Shown here: in pieces, positions 53,251 through 64,000 of the stretch | How positions within the stretch are numbered: position 1 is the first letter of the stretch | Layout of the letters: each line of letters opens with the position of its first letter | Origin: Octopus vulgaris | Lineage: Eukaryota | DNA: 64,000 nucleotides | Assembly: GCA_951406725.2 (NCBI GenBank) | Contig: OX597821.1 | Location: 32,612,001-32,676,000, forward strand | Direction of reading: 5' to 3' | Position numbers and translations under genes: made by a program | The notes under the pieces: model-generated | Database searches by the model: none | What the model was told of the DNA's origin: nothing | The model's input: the letters and a program-made list of their open reading frames with translations, nothing else

Positions 53251-53468
53251 ACAATTGCAGCGTGGAAGGTGTTTGTAAGCCATTTAAGAAACACACAAAA
53301 GCCGTTCGATTCACTTCAACATTTAAGTTTAATTCGTCAAAATATTTTCGTCGCTTTAAGACCGCGACCTGTTCACTGACAAAAATCCGTGAAACTTAAA
53401 TGTTGAAGTGAATCGAACGGCTTTTGTGTGTTTCTTAAATGGCTTACAATTGTTTTCGCTGCAATTGT
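53251..53468 (-). mobile_element. Fold-back mini-element with perfect 58-bp arms enclosing a hammerhead
   Basis: Arms 53273-53330 and 53392-53449 plus outer 12-bp arms 53251-53262 and 53457-53468; adjacent to (TA)n. Confidence 0.85.
53333..53383 (-). ncRNA. Minimal type-I hammerhead ribozyme with swapped G3-C8 pair
   Basis: Minus strand UUUGUCA-GUGAACA-G-GUCGC(GGUCUUAAA)GCGAC-GAA-AAUAUU-U/UGACGAA. Confidence 0.7.
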
Positions 53469-53524
53469 TTTCGTTTCAGCACACGATCTCAGATCAAATC
53501 ACATGCTATGCAAGTACATCTCCG

Positions 53525-53574
<50 letters not shown>

Positions 53575-54691
53575 ATATTTCGGAATGATCATATTGCCAG
53601 TTTAGCCAATATATATATACAGTTTGGAGAGTAGTTAAAATTATATTTTATTAATTATAAATATAAAGCAGTATTCAAGAGAAAAGAGAAAAAGAACAAA
53701 ATTTATGGTAAAAGAGAAAGAAAAATGAATTTGATAATAGATTCGAATGGGCAAAGCAAGAAAATTTTATTATGATACGAATAATATTTAGAATAAAATT
53801 GAAAGGAACAGATTAAGTTTCAGGAGGTAGTAATAGATTTTTAGTAAGTTCAATATTCTTAAACAAGAATGTATGTATACGAAGAGTTATACATGTTTAC
53901 ATAGATATGCAAAGCATGCATACGTTTAATAAACCCTTTGGATATTAAGCGTTCGTGAATATAAAAACAGAATTGGAAAAGGAAGGAATTATTCAGTTAT
54001 GCTTAACGATTAATGAAATGATGTGAATAGCAAGGGAAGATATTAATGTAGCGATGTGCAGTCTAGTAGGGTTAATAGTTGCCAGTTTTTCAATAGATGT
54101 CTATCAAACTGATGACACTCCTAAAGCAATTTCAGGTTTTTACTTACTTAACAGAGTTATGGCAGTTTCACGTATCAGATTCTTCCCAGTTGTACGTGTA
54201 TAACATTTTCCTGTTCTTGTAAGGACTACATTTCTCAAGGAAATTTATTGTGACATGCTTTTCCAGATACTCATATGAACTCAATTCTCTAAAATACTCT
54301 CGTTTCTACATGTCTAAAAGTAGTATGAAATACCGTTCGTTAAATTTATCGTCAGTCATATATCGTTGTGAAGACACAGGTCTTAGTGGTTAGAAAGTTG
54401 CACTGGCGATCACCAGATCGTGAGATCGAATCTTGAACCGGGAAGCATGTCGTGTTCTTGAGTAAAACATCATTTCACGCTTTTCTAGTGCTGAGTGAGA
54501 GCCAGCATGTCGAAAAGTAGGACGGACGATTTCTGTGCGTTTCGTAAGGCGACGAAAAGAGGTTGAGACAGGACCCTTCGGTTGGAGGGTTGTCGCCTGT
54601 GTGGTGCAAAGATGCCATCCGCCAGGAGTAAGGAATCAGCAACAAATAGTGGAGACAGCAATGAGCTGTTACAGCTCATGCCCCCGTGGTA

Positions 54692-54739
<48 letters not shown>

Positions 54740-54760
54740 AACTACTACTACTACTACTAC

Positions 54761-54823
<63 letters not shown>

Positions 54824-54828
54824 TGATG

Positions 54829-54887
<59 letters not shown>

Positions 54888-54913
54888 GCCACTGCAACTA
54901 CTACTACTACTAC

Positions 54914-54959
<46 letters not shown>

Positions 54960-54968
54960 GCCACTGCA

Positions 54969-55000
<32 letters not shown>
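54692..55000. repeat. Compound (ACT)n/(AAT)n microsatellite with a duplicated ACTGCCACTGCA block
   Basis: Seen directly. Confidence 0.95.
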
Positions 55001-55165
55001 GCCTATATAGTGTTTACGTCCTACATCGAGAGTTGCTTTGGCAGAGCTAACTTACGCTATACATATGAGGTTATTCCTTATGACGGGAGAAATATAGAAA
55101 TATATAGCTAACACATGTTAGCATTTCTGCTTGAGCGGTTATGTCTCTTAAACTTAGAAGGTTTA

Positions 55166-56563
55166 TCTATATATATAAAACTGAGAATGTGTGTCTGTCT
55201 GTCTGTGTGTTTCCCTAAAACTTGAGAACTACACAACCAATTTCATTCAAATTTTACACATGCCTTACTTAGAGTCCATGTAGTTTCATGGACAAAAAGA
55301 AAGTGTTCAACTTCTTGCCTAGAGCGATCCCATAGCAATATCATATCTTCTCCACTATTTCAGTATTACGTGTTAAAAGTGAAACAAAAACATTACTCTA
55401 TTTTATGTCAGATGCTTTTACTTTAACAATAAAATAATAATAACAATTGAATTATATGTAGTAAGTAATCATTAAAAACAAACTAAAGCATAATATAATC
55501 GTAACATAACAAAAGTAAAAACAGCAATTGGTATAAAATTGCATCAATGACTTGAACTTGAATAAGTGGTTTCACATGAATGGGAATAAATTAAAAATAA
55601 AATTAGCGTGCAGAAATGGAATAGTCCAGATGGATAATAAAGAATGGATAATAAAGAAAAGACTATTGTCTATAAAGTATACAATGTAGAGAAAAAAGAT
55701 TTGAACACCTGGAGGAAAGCGCCATCGAAAAATGTCTTGGTGCGACTATGAAAGATATCTAATCAGAGGCGGTAAATTCGCCACAATAGGAGCAAGGTTC
55801 GAGTCAACGGAGCGTGCAAGGGAGTACTCGACTCGAACTTGCAAAGTGGAAATATCTTACTTTTACCTTTATATCTGGGACGTAGGACGTCCCGGATAAA
55901 AATTAAAATGCCCCCCCCCCCCAGCAGTAGAGGTAGGCTGGATTGTAGCCACACTTCTATACAAGAGGGAGGGCCAGATACAATTGATCGAAATTGTAAG
56001 AGACGGGCCTATAATTCCAGTCTGTTATATATTTTGAGTATTGTTATCACTAGCGATATCACTAGCGATTGTATTTTGTATTTTGGCGCAGGAGTGGCTG
56101 TGTGGTAAGTAGCTTGCTAACCAACCACATGGTTCCAGGTTCAGTCCCACTGCATGGCATCTTGGGCAAGTGTCTTCTGCTATAGCCCCGGGCCGACCAA
56201 TGCCTTGTGAGTGGATTTGGTAGACGGAAACTGAAAGAAGCCTGTCGTATATATGTATATATATATATGTGTGTGTGTGTGTGTATGTGTTTGTCCCCCT
56301 AGCATTGCTTGACAACCAATGCTGGTGTGTTTATGTCCCCGTCACTTAGCGGTTCGGCAAAAGAGACCGATAGAATAAGTACTGGGCTTACAAAGAATAA
56401 GTCCCGGAGTCGATCTGCTCGACTAAAGGCGGTGCTCCAGCATGGCCGCAGTCAAATGACTGAAACAAGTAAAAGAGTAAAGAGTATATAGATGTACATG
56501 TAATATGTACACATATATATACACATATATATATATGCACTATCACTATGACCCGGCAACTAG
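55166..56563 (+). mobile_element. Non-autonomous Helitron-like element carrying a nested SINE B
   Basis: 5' A|TCTATATATATAAAA followed by (TGTC)n; 3' ACCCGGCAACTAG|T; no TSD; the 3' hairpin looks eroded. Confidence 0.6.
56085..56486 (+). mobile_element. SINE family B, full length
   Basis: Family-B sequence. Confidence 0.93.
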
Positions 56564-56691
56564 TAGTTTATAAAATTCTTCAGATTAATAATGCATTAAT
56601 GATTTAATTTAAGATTGTTTTTTTCTAATTTGCTCTGTATATTATTCATAGAGAAATGCTTATCAAGTTGGATTATATTTTGGATTTCAAT

Positions 56692-56906
56692 CTTTTACCC
56701 TTTTACTCTTTTACTTGTTTCAGTCATTTGACTGCGGCCATGCTGGAGCACCGCCTTTGGTCGAGCAAATCGACCCCAGGACTTATTCTTTGTAAGCCCA
56801 GTACTTATTCTATCGGTCTCTTTTGCCGAACCGCTAAGTGACGGGGACGTAAACACACCAACATCGGTTGTCAAGCAATGCTAGGGGGACAAACACAGAC
56901 ACACAA

Positions 56907-56956
<50 letters not shown>

Positions 56957-57118
56957 GACAGGCTTCTTTCAGTTTCCGTCTACCAAATCCACTCACAAGG
57001 CATTGGTCGGCCCGGGGCTATAGCAGAAGACATTTGCCCAAGATGCCACGCAGTGGGACTGAACCCGGAACCATGTGGTTGGTTAGCAAGCTACTTACCA
57101 CACAGCCACTCCTGCGCC
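56692..57118 (-). mobile_element. SINE family B, full length
   Basis: Family-B sequence, inverted relative to the 56085 copy. Confidence 0.93.
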
Positions 57119-57337
57119 TGTTAATGTTTTTTTAACAAGTGCACTATTTTTCATAAAGATGGAGATTATATCAGAAATATTATTTCACAATGGATAACGT
57201 TTCCTGTTTCGAATAAACTTTTAGCTCCGTAGGAAGGCATGAATCATACTTTAGTTGACTTTTGTTTCTTTATGCCAGATTAATTTTATTTCTAAATATG
57301 TTGATGTTCGAAATACAATTTGCACCTGTTACATACG

Positions 57338-57629
57338 TAAAATTTCGATTTAAAGGGATCTGATTCCTCAAATTTGAGAAAAAGCTACATGTGCTTAAAT
57401 TTGAGAAAAAGCTACATGTGTTTAATTTGAGAAAATTAAAATTTCGATTCTAAGGGATCTGATTCCTCAAATCAAAATTTCGATTCAAAATGATCTGATT
57501 CCTTAAATTTGAGAAAAAGCTACATGTGTTTGAGAAAAAGCTATATGTGTTTGAGAAAAAGATACATGTGTTTAAATCTGAGAAAAAGCTACATGTGTTT
57601 AATTTGAGAAAAAGCTACATGTGTTTAAA
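57338..57629. repeat. Compound two-unit tandem repeat
   Basis: TTTGAGAAAAAGCTACATGTG(TTTAA) about 7 copies, interleaved with AAAATTTCGATT..GATCTGATTCCTCAAAT 3 copies. Confidence 0.9.
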
Positions 57630-58331
57630 TCGTTAGGGTAGGTAGATATTTCAGAGATATTGGTGGCACAAAAGGAAGCTTTCAAGGTGTAACTGTTTAA
57701 CTACATCTCCAACTATTTACCGTTGCTTTTCCATGTAGTGAATATCATACTTTTACCTTTAATTATATCCAAAGGGTTTTTCCATTTTGTACATTCTATT
57801 TCGATATCTCTTTACCCTTAATATCCATTGGATAAGTTAATGTGTTCATGTGCTTCCTGCCTGCCTATATTCATACGTGTTGTAGGTAGATATCGTATAT
57901 AATTTACTAGTTATTATTATTGGAAACATTTCGCCTTGAGCGCGTTCCTAAACTCAATTTATTCTATTGATTAAACTCTATTCTCCTATTAGCTTAGATT
58001 TCATCGCAGTCAATTCTTTTCTCTATTCATCCAGCTTTTCCTCATCCTTGGTTCTCCCCCTTTTTATCATTTTCTCATCTTGCTCACATCCAAGATTCTC
58101 CTTACATTTTCATCTTTTATTATCCAACATGTTTCAATACTGTAAATATTAAAGTAGAAAACCCATAAACAAGTGTGCCACTTGGAAAAGTTTCCGACAT
58201 AACGGGTAAAGATTTTGCTTCTTTGGGGCATACCAAGTTTGACGATTGACGTAATTTGTCTGATGTTTGCATAGTTAATTAATTAACTCGGCCTGAAACG
58301 TACTCTTATAAAGTACACAATTAAACTATAT

Positions 58332-58640
58332 CACGTGATCACGTGAGCGAACAGGCTATAAGATGTAGCTACACATCGCTGGTCACAATGTGCTTCGCAT
58401 TGTTTTACCCTTCAAATGACGCCACCTCGCTGGCTAAGCGAGCAGGCTAACAGAAGAAAGAGTGAGAGAATGTTGCGGCGAAAGATTACAGCAGGGATCA
58501 CCACCACCCCCTGCCGGAGCCTCATGGTACTATAGGTGTTTTCGCTCAATAAACTCTCACAACGCCCGGTCTGGGAATCGAAACCGTGATTCTACGACCG
58601 CGAGTCCGCTGCCCTAATCACTGGGCAATTGCGCCTCCAC
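58332..58640 (-). mobile_element. tRNA-derived SINE family C1
   Basis: Head GTGGAGGCGCAATTGCCCAGTGATTAGGGCAGCGGACTCGCGGTC, B-box GTTTCGATTCC; 16-bp TSD CACAAT(T/A)AAACTATAT at 58316-58331 and 58638-58653. Confidence 0.9.
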
Positions 58641-59121
58641 AATAAAACTATATACATCTCACTATATTCATTATAGAGATAACCAGCATTACCGTATGTG
58701 TGTATGCGCGTGTTTGCATACCGTGTGCGTATTTTTGTGCATGTATGTATATATATATGTGTGTATGTATATACATATATATGCATGTACATATGCTTAT
58801 GTATTTATGCATGTATATACATATGTATATATGCATATATATATATATGTGTGTATATAGGTAGGTAGGTAGGTAGGTAGGTAGGTAGGTAGGTAGGTCA
58901 ATCTCAACAGACACAAGTTAAAGATTCAACCAAAAAATCTGCAGAATACGGACCACATTTCAACAATAGGTACTACGGTCGATTTGTTCACCTAAAAACG
59001 TTAAAGTGAGGCCCAGAAGTGCCGCTAGTCGATGGGCATAAAAAGGAAAAGAACAAAAAATAAAAGAAGGCTATATATATGGAATTCAATGTTTATATAC
59101 GAAATGTCTACTTTTATGCAT

Positions 59122-59205
<84 letters not shown>

Positions 59206-59491
59206 GTATATACATACACGTTTTTTATGAATAGTCGACAGAATTTACAGGATTAACAGAGTGACTGAAGTACTGACAGACTCATTTGTTGGGTATCATG
59301 AAAATGCATTCAAACCATTTTGATAAGTACCAACGCAAGAAAGCTCGTTAATATACTTATGTTACGAGTTATATTTTCCGCTTTGCATTACCAAACACAC
59401 ACACACACACACATACTTTACATAGCGTAAATACTATATACGATATCTATATATACTTATATATATATATATATATATATATATAGGTAGG

Positions 59492-59557
<66 letters not shown>

Positions 59558-59757
59558 CAGATATAGATATATATATACACAAACATAAATACGTACATAT
59601 TTATATATATAATTTATATTCTCTCCTTTTCCTCTTCCCTCTGTCTTTCTCTCTATCTCCCCACCATCTCTGTCTCTCTCTCTCACCATCTTTGTAATTA
59701 CTTTTAATCTTTATTAAGTGTTTACTAATGCTCGCACATATAGGAGATAAGACATAC

Positions 59758-59846
59758 GAAGAAGAAGAAGAAGAAGAAGAAGAAGAAGAAGAAGAAGAAG
59801 AAGAAGAAGAAGAAGAAGAAGAAGAAGAAGAAGAAGAAGAAGAAGA
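59758..59846. repeat. Pure (GAA)n microsatellite
   Basis: Seen directly. Confidence 0.97.
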
Positions 59847-60693
59847 AAGGGAGAGAGAGGGGGAGAGAGAAGAGAGAGACTACTGCATTTCTTTCGGCAT
59901 AAAACTTCAGAATAAATAAGATTCATAACATTTGAATTTATATACGTTGCATATAAAAAAGAAATTATTTTTCTACGTAACATAAAATAGCAATTATTTT
60001 TCTACGCATAATTAAGTATTACAAAATTTCGGGGGCACATTTTCGCACCTGCGTTCGCTATTAGAAGTATGTGCGTGCGTTTGTGTATGTCTGTATGTGT
60101 CCATGTTTGATATACATGTCTTATCTCTATCTTACCAATATCTTGTGTGTTCGTGTGTGTCTGGCTTGGTATGTTTGTTTCTGTGTTTCAGCTGTGTGTA
60201 CATAACTTTCTATTGTTTGTCGTCCATCATTGTGGAATAGTTTCATTTCTTTAATGACATAATTATAATAATAAAATCTTCTATTTTTAATGTTCCTTAG
60301 ACCACAAATGTACTGCAAATTCTTTTAGACAAAAGAACGTGTTTTTGAGTATATACATTCCTTGAAAATTCCATCGCCACAAATTACTTTATCCATTACA
60401 CCAGCACTACATACAAAGAAACGCTAAATTTCAATAATGCGTGTGTGAGTATGTGTGTCTGTGTTTGGGTGTGTGAGAAAGAAAGAGTGCGAGTGTGTGT
60501 GTATGTGTCTGTCTGTCTGCCTGTGTATGTTTCTGTGTGTGTAAGAACTTCACTGGTACTTCACAAAAACAATTGAATTTACTCTCAGTATACACTCATA
60601 TCATCAGTAAATATTCCGCTTTTATTCTTCAAGGTGCTTTGAAGCAATGATAATTATTTATATCATTTAATATGTGAGGGCGCATGACCTAGT

Positions 60694-61014
60694 TTTGTTG
60701 TTGTTGTTGTTGTTTGTTCCTTCTTGAGCCATGCCTGGGCTCATAAGGGCCGGTTTCCCGGTTTCTTGGCGTATAGGTTCCCCACCTGGACGGGACGCCG
60801 GTCCGTCGCAGGTGAGCTGGAAGATGCAGGAGGAAAGAATGAGAGAAATTTATGGCGAAAGAATCAGCAGAAGTTTCGCCATTACCTTCTGCCGGAGCCG
60901 CGTGGAGCTTAGGTGTTTCGCTCATAAACACACACATTGCCCAGTCTGAGATTTGAACCCGCGATCCCTCGACCGCAGGTCCGCTGCTCTAACCACTAGG
61001 CCATGTGCCTCCAC
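60694..61014 (-). mobile_element. tRNA-derived SINE family C2 (same head as C1, different 3' half)
   Basis: GTGGAGGCACATGGCCTAGTGGTTAGAGC head, CCTGCGACGGACCGGCGTCCCGTCCAGG domain, (AAC)n tail; 11-bp TSD CATGACCTAGT at 60683-60693 and 61015-61025. Confidence 0.92.
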
Positions 61015-61034
61015 CATGACCTAGTGGTTATGGT

Positions 61035-61260
61035 TGGCAGAACCGTTAGCACGCCGGGCGAAATGCTTAGCAGTATTTCGTCTATCGCTACGTTCTGAGG
61101 TCAAATTCCGCCGAGGTTGACTTTGCCTTTCATCCTTTCGGGGTCGATAAATTAAGTATCAGTTACGCACTGGGGTCGATATAATCGCCTTAATCCCTTT
61201 GTCTGTCCTTGTTTGTCCACTCTGTGTTTAGCCCCTTGTGGGTAGTAAAGAAATAGGTAT
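61035..61260 (+). mobile_element. SINE family A, nested in the old family-D SINE head
   Basis: Family-A sequence; family-D sequence resumes as TTGAACTCACTATCGC..GGGTTCAATTGCC. Confidence 0.9.
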
Positions 61261-62094
61261 TGAACTCACTATCGCAAAATCTTGGGTTCAATTGCCGACC
61301 TGGGTGGTGCGTCTTTTGTTATACCGTGCTCATCAGCTGGCAATGTCGATTTAATGGCGGAAGTGAGCCAATGAGAAGCACAAACATTTTTTCACATTAA
61401 ACAAATTGTATGTGCAGATTTTTATGGCAAGAAACTGCTGCGCTCTCATAAGTCGCCTATAACAGGAGAGTCTGCGCATTGACTATCTTCTGAATTGAAT
61501 TTCGAGGAACCTCAGTTTATGACTTTAATAGTTAAACGTTAAAATCCGCAATCGCCAAATATTTCGAAAACAAATATTGCCACTGTAAACGTACAGCGAG
61601 TATTAATCCATACAAACTAAAATGGAAGTTCTAAATAGCTTTTCCTAGTCGCGAATGAATGATTACAAGCTAATATATCTGAAAATCATAGAAGCAAAAA
61701 CGATATGAGTACGACTGTCTTTATGTAGATACAAACCATTCAATAGATGAGAAAAAGGAGCATAAACCAATAAGAACATGTATATGGTCACTTGACCGAC
61801 ACGGGAGAGTATAAAAGTCTTTGTTTTTTTAATGATTACACCCATACCCGGTAACACTTGATAGTTCATTCTGTGTTGGTCTATGCGCGTTCAGAAATGA
61901 TAAAATGATTATCTTCTTGAATTGATCATAACTGATCTTGGGTTTTAAAATATAGAACGAAACAATTAGGATAACGTGTTTTGTTGCCCAGTTTTCTTGA
62001 AACAATATATAATGCCTTTATCTTTCGTCTTAAACAAAATTGTGATACTTGATAATGTATTCTGTGATAGACTATGTCTTAGGAAATTATATGC

Positions 62095-62435
62095 CTTCAG
62101 TCGAACAAATCAATCCCATTAGTTATTTTAAATCTGCTACTGGTGTTTTTTTTTTTACCGATTCGCAAATTTACTGGGATGTAAACAAAACAACACAGGT
62201 TAATCAAGCCATGTGTGGACAGAAACAAAAACACAAACTCACACTCACGCACGGACGCACACGCGTGACACATGCGTGCATATAAAATGTACGATAGGCG
62301 TCATCCACTCAGAACGTAATTGTTGGTTCGGGATTATAGTATAAGACATTTACCCAGGATTCTGCACAGTAAGACTGAACCCGAAACAGCGTGGTTTCAA
62401 AGCGAGCTTCTTAGCCACACAGCCATTCCTGAGCC
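62095..62435 (-). mobile_element. Highly diverged SINE B
   Basis: TCGAACAAATC..GTAAACAAAAC..GACTGAACCCGAAAC..CCACACAGCCATTCCTGAGCC. Confidence 0.75.
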
Positions 62436-63107
62436 GACAATATCTATAACGTTTATGAGCCTTCTTGATCAGGACTGACTTCGGGATGAAGAATAACAAC
62501 AGATCGAGTAACAAAGAAATTTGATGTTCGAGGAAGTTGTATTATTTTCTACGGTTACTTACAGAAAGTGAATTGATTTCAGTAACAGAAAGAAACCAAG
62601 CTGTGTCAGTCCGCACATCGACAGTATACCACGATGATTGGCGTCTTTCCCGATACAATAATATCCAGAAGCAACAAATTTCTATAAAAAATCTAATTTA
62701 TGGTAAAATCAAGAACACTAATATTGATTTATTTTTTGCTACGGCACGAAGTCAAAACCATATAGGAAAATTTAAATGAACTTATCACTTCCTTCTTCAT
62801 AGGTAAAATAAATTAAGTGGAATTCTAACAATTGAAGCAAAATTTAGTTCACCTTTCAAAGGCTGTTAAATAATACATCCAAAAGCTAATTTTATTAACA
62901 CCTAGTTCGTTTCTCATGTAGAAAGTATTATTCATAGAAAGTATATTTTCTGAAAGAGAACCTTGTTATGTTAAAAAATAATGACTTTATGAGAAGAAAC
63001 GAAGCAATTTCCATAAATGCGTTTATATGTTCGCCTTACGAAAAAATCTACTTCAAAGTCAGAATTGCAGTATACAATTACAATGTAGATAATACAATTA
63101 TCAAAGG

Positions 63108-63133
63108 CACGTGTGTGACGTCATGGCATATAT

Positions 63134-63172
<39 letters not shown>
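63108..63172 (+). promoter_or_regulatory. Possible promoter module: E-box, full CRE, TATA-like tract and GA repeat
   Basis: CACGTG 63108-63113, TGACGTCA 63116-63123, then TATATATA and (GA)n; motif match only. Confidence 0.25.
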
Positions 63173-64000
63173 AGGTGAAAAGGCACTTGGATTCGTTTAG
63201 TTTTTTTTTTTTCATTTTTAAAATTTTAGAGACTCAAGCGATTTCAGAGATTTCTCTGATTTTTAAAAGTAGAGAAAGAAAGACTTGGAGTTATGCTGCA
63301 ACTTTGTAGCTTATGACTGGAGTTCAAAAATTCTCTTATGTTTATAGAAAAATATGGCTGAAATTAGTGTTCATATTGGACACGATTTAATTAGCCGAGG
63401 GTGATCACGTGATTACGTTTATATACACACACATATATATATACACATATATACATACATACATTATTGTTAACAGTGAACGACTGGTGAATAAAACGAC
63501 ACACTTTTGATGTACCTGAAAATGGTGACAACGAAATCTAACAGTTATATAAACAAAATAATTAAAAAAAACAAGGGGCCTGATTTTTATAACTACTATT
63601 TAGAAAATATTAAAAACGAAAACCAACTCAGCCAGTCTGGAATCAATATTTATATTTGCGAGATTGTTCTACAAGATGTGTGAAATTATGTCAGTCAAAT
63701 ACGCGAGTTGCAATTTTAAATCTTTATTAAAACAATTTCGCTTACCTCACGTTGTCAATGACTGAATTTATCATTCTCCTACACGTCATTTTAGCAAAGA
63801 AATAACATATTTATTTGTCTGAAATAATATTATAAATTCTTGATCTTAGGTCAACGAATCTCCTCATAAACCTATTGATTTCAGCGAGACGAATGCATAG
63901 ACATTCATGACGTTCGTAGTGTCGTGCTAGAATCCTTGTAAAAGAAAAGATTCAAATCCCAGTAGTTGTTATCAGATACAGAAATCAAATTCAAGTCACA

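Noticed and set aside
57338-57629. Repeat-spacer-like pattern
   Set aside because: The intervening sequences are themselves repeated; it is a compound tandem duplication
60950-61014. tRNA gene
   Set aside because: The tRNA-like sequence is a SINE head with body, tail and TSD; the same applies to the other A/B-box hits

Overview
AT-rich eukaryotic (metazoan) genomic DNA, not prokaryotic. It is dense in microsatellites, and its SINE content is the kind I associate with octopus/coleoid cephalopod genomes (inference). Nearly all ORFs in the supplied track are microsatellite or repeat artefacts. The only good host-gene candidate is a minus-strand first coding exon at 664..314 ending in a CAG|GTAAAT donor, so most of the window may be its upstream or 5' intronic region. 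The rest is a retroelement landscape: four tRNA-headed SINE families (several with clean TSDs and nested insertions), CR1-type and R4/Dong-type LINE remnants, mariner/Tc1 remnants, a likely Helitron, a 31-bp minisatellite, and a 5'-truncated Penelope-like element (PLE) with RT, Zn-finger linker and GIY-YIG domains. The most notable signal is about 10 minimal type-I hammerhead ribozyme motifs in PLE termini and fold-back mini-elements, mostly joined to (TA)n. They include a canonical core in a 446-bp partial tandem, an A6U-core family in 4 copies, and one with the C3-G8 catalytic pair swapped to G3-C8. Each family has a different self-complementary stem III. All alignments and folds were done by eye.
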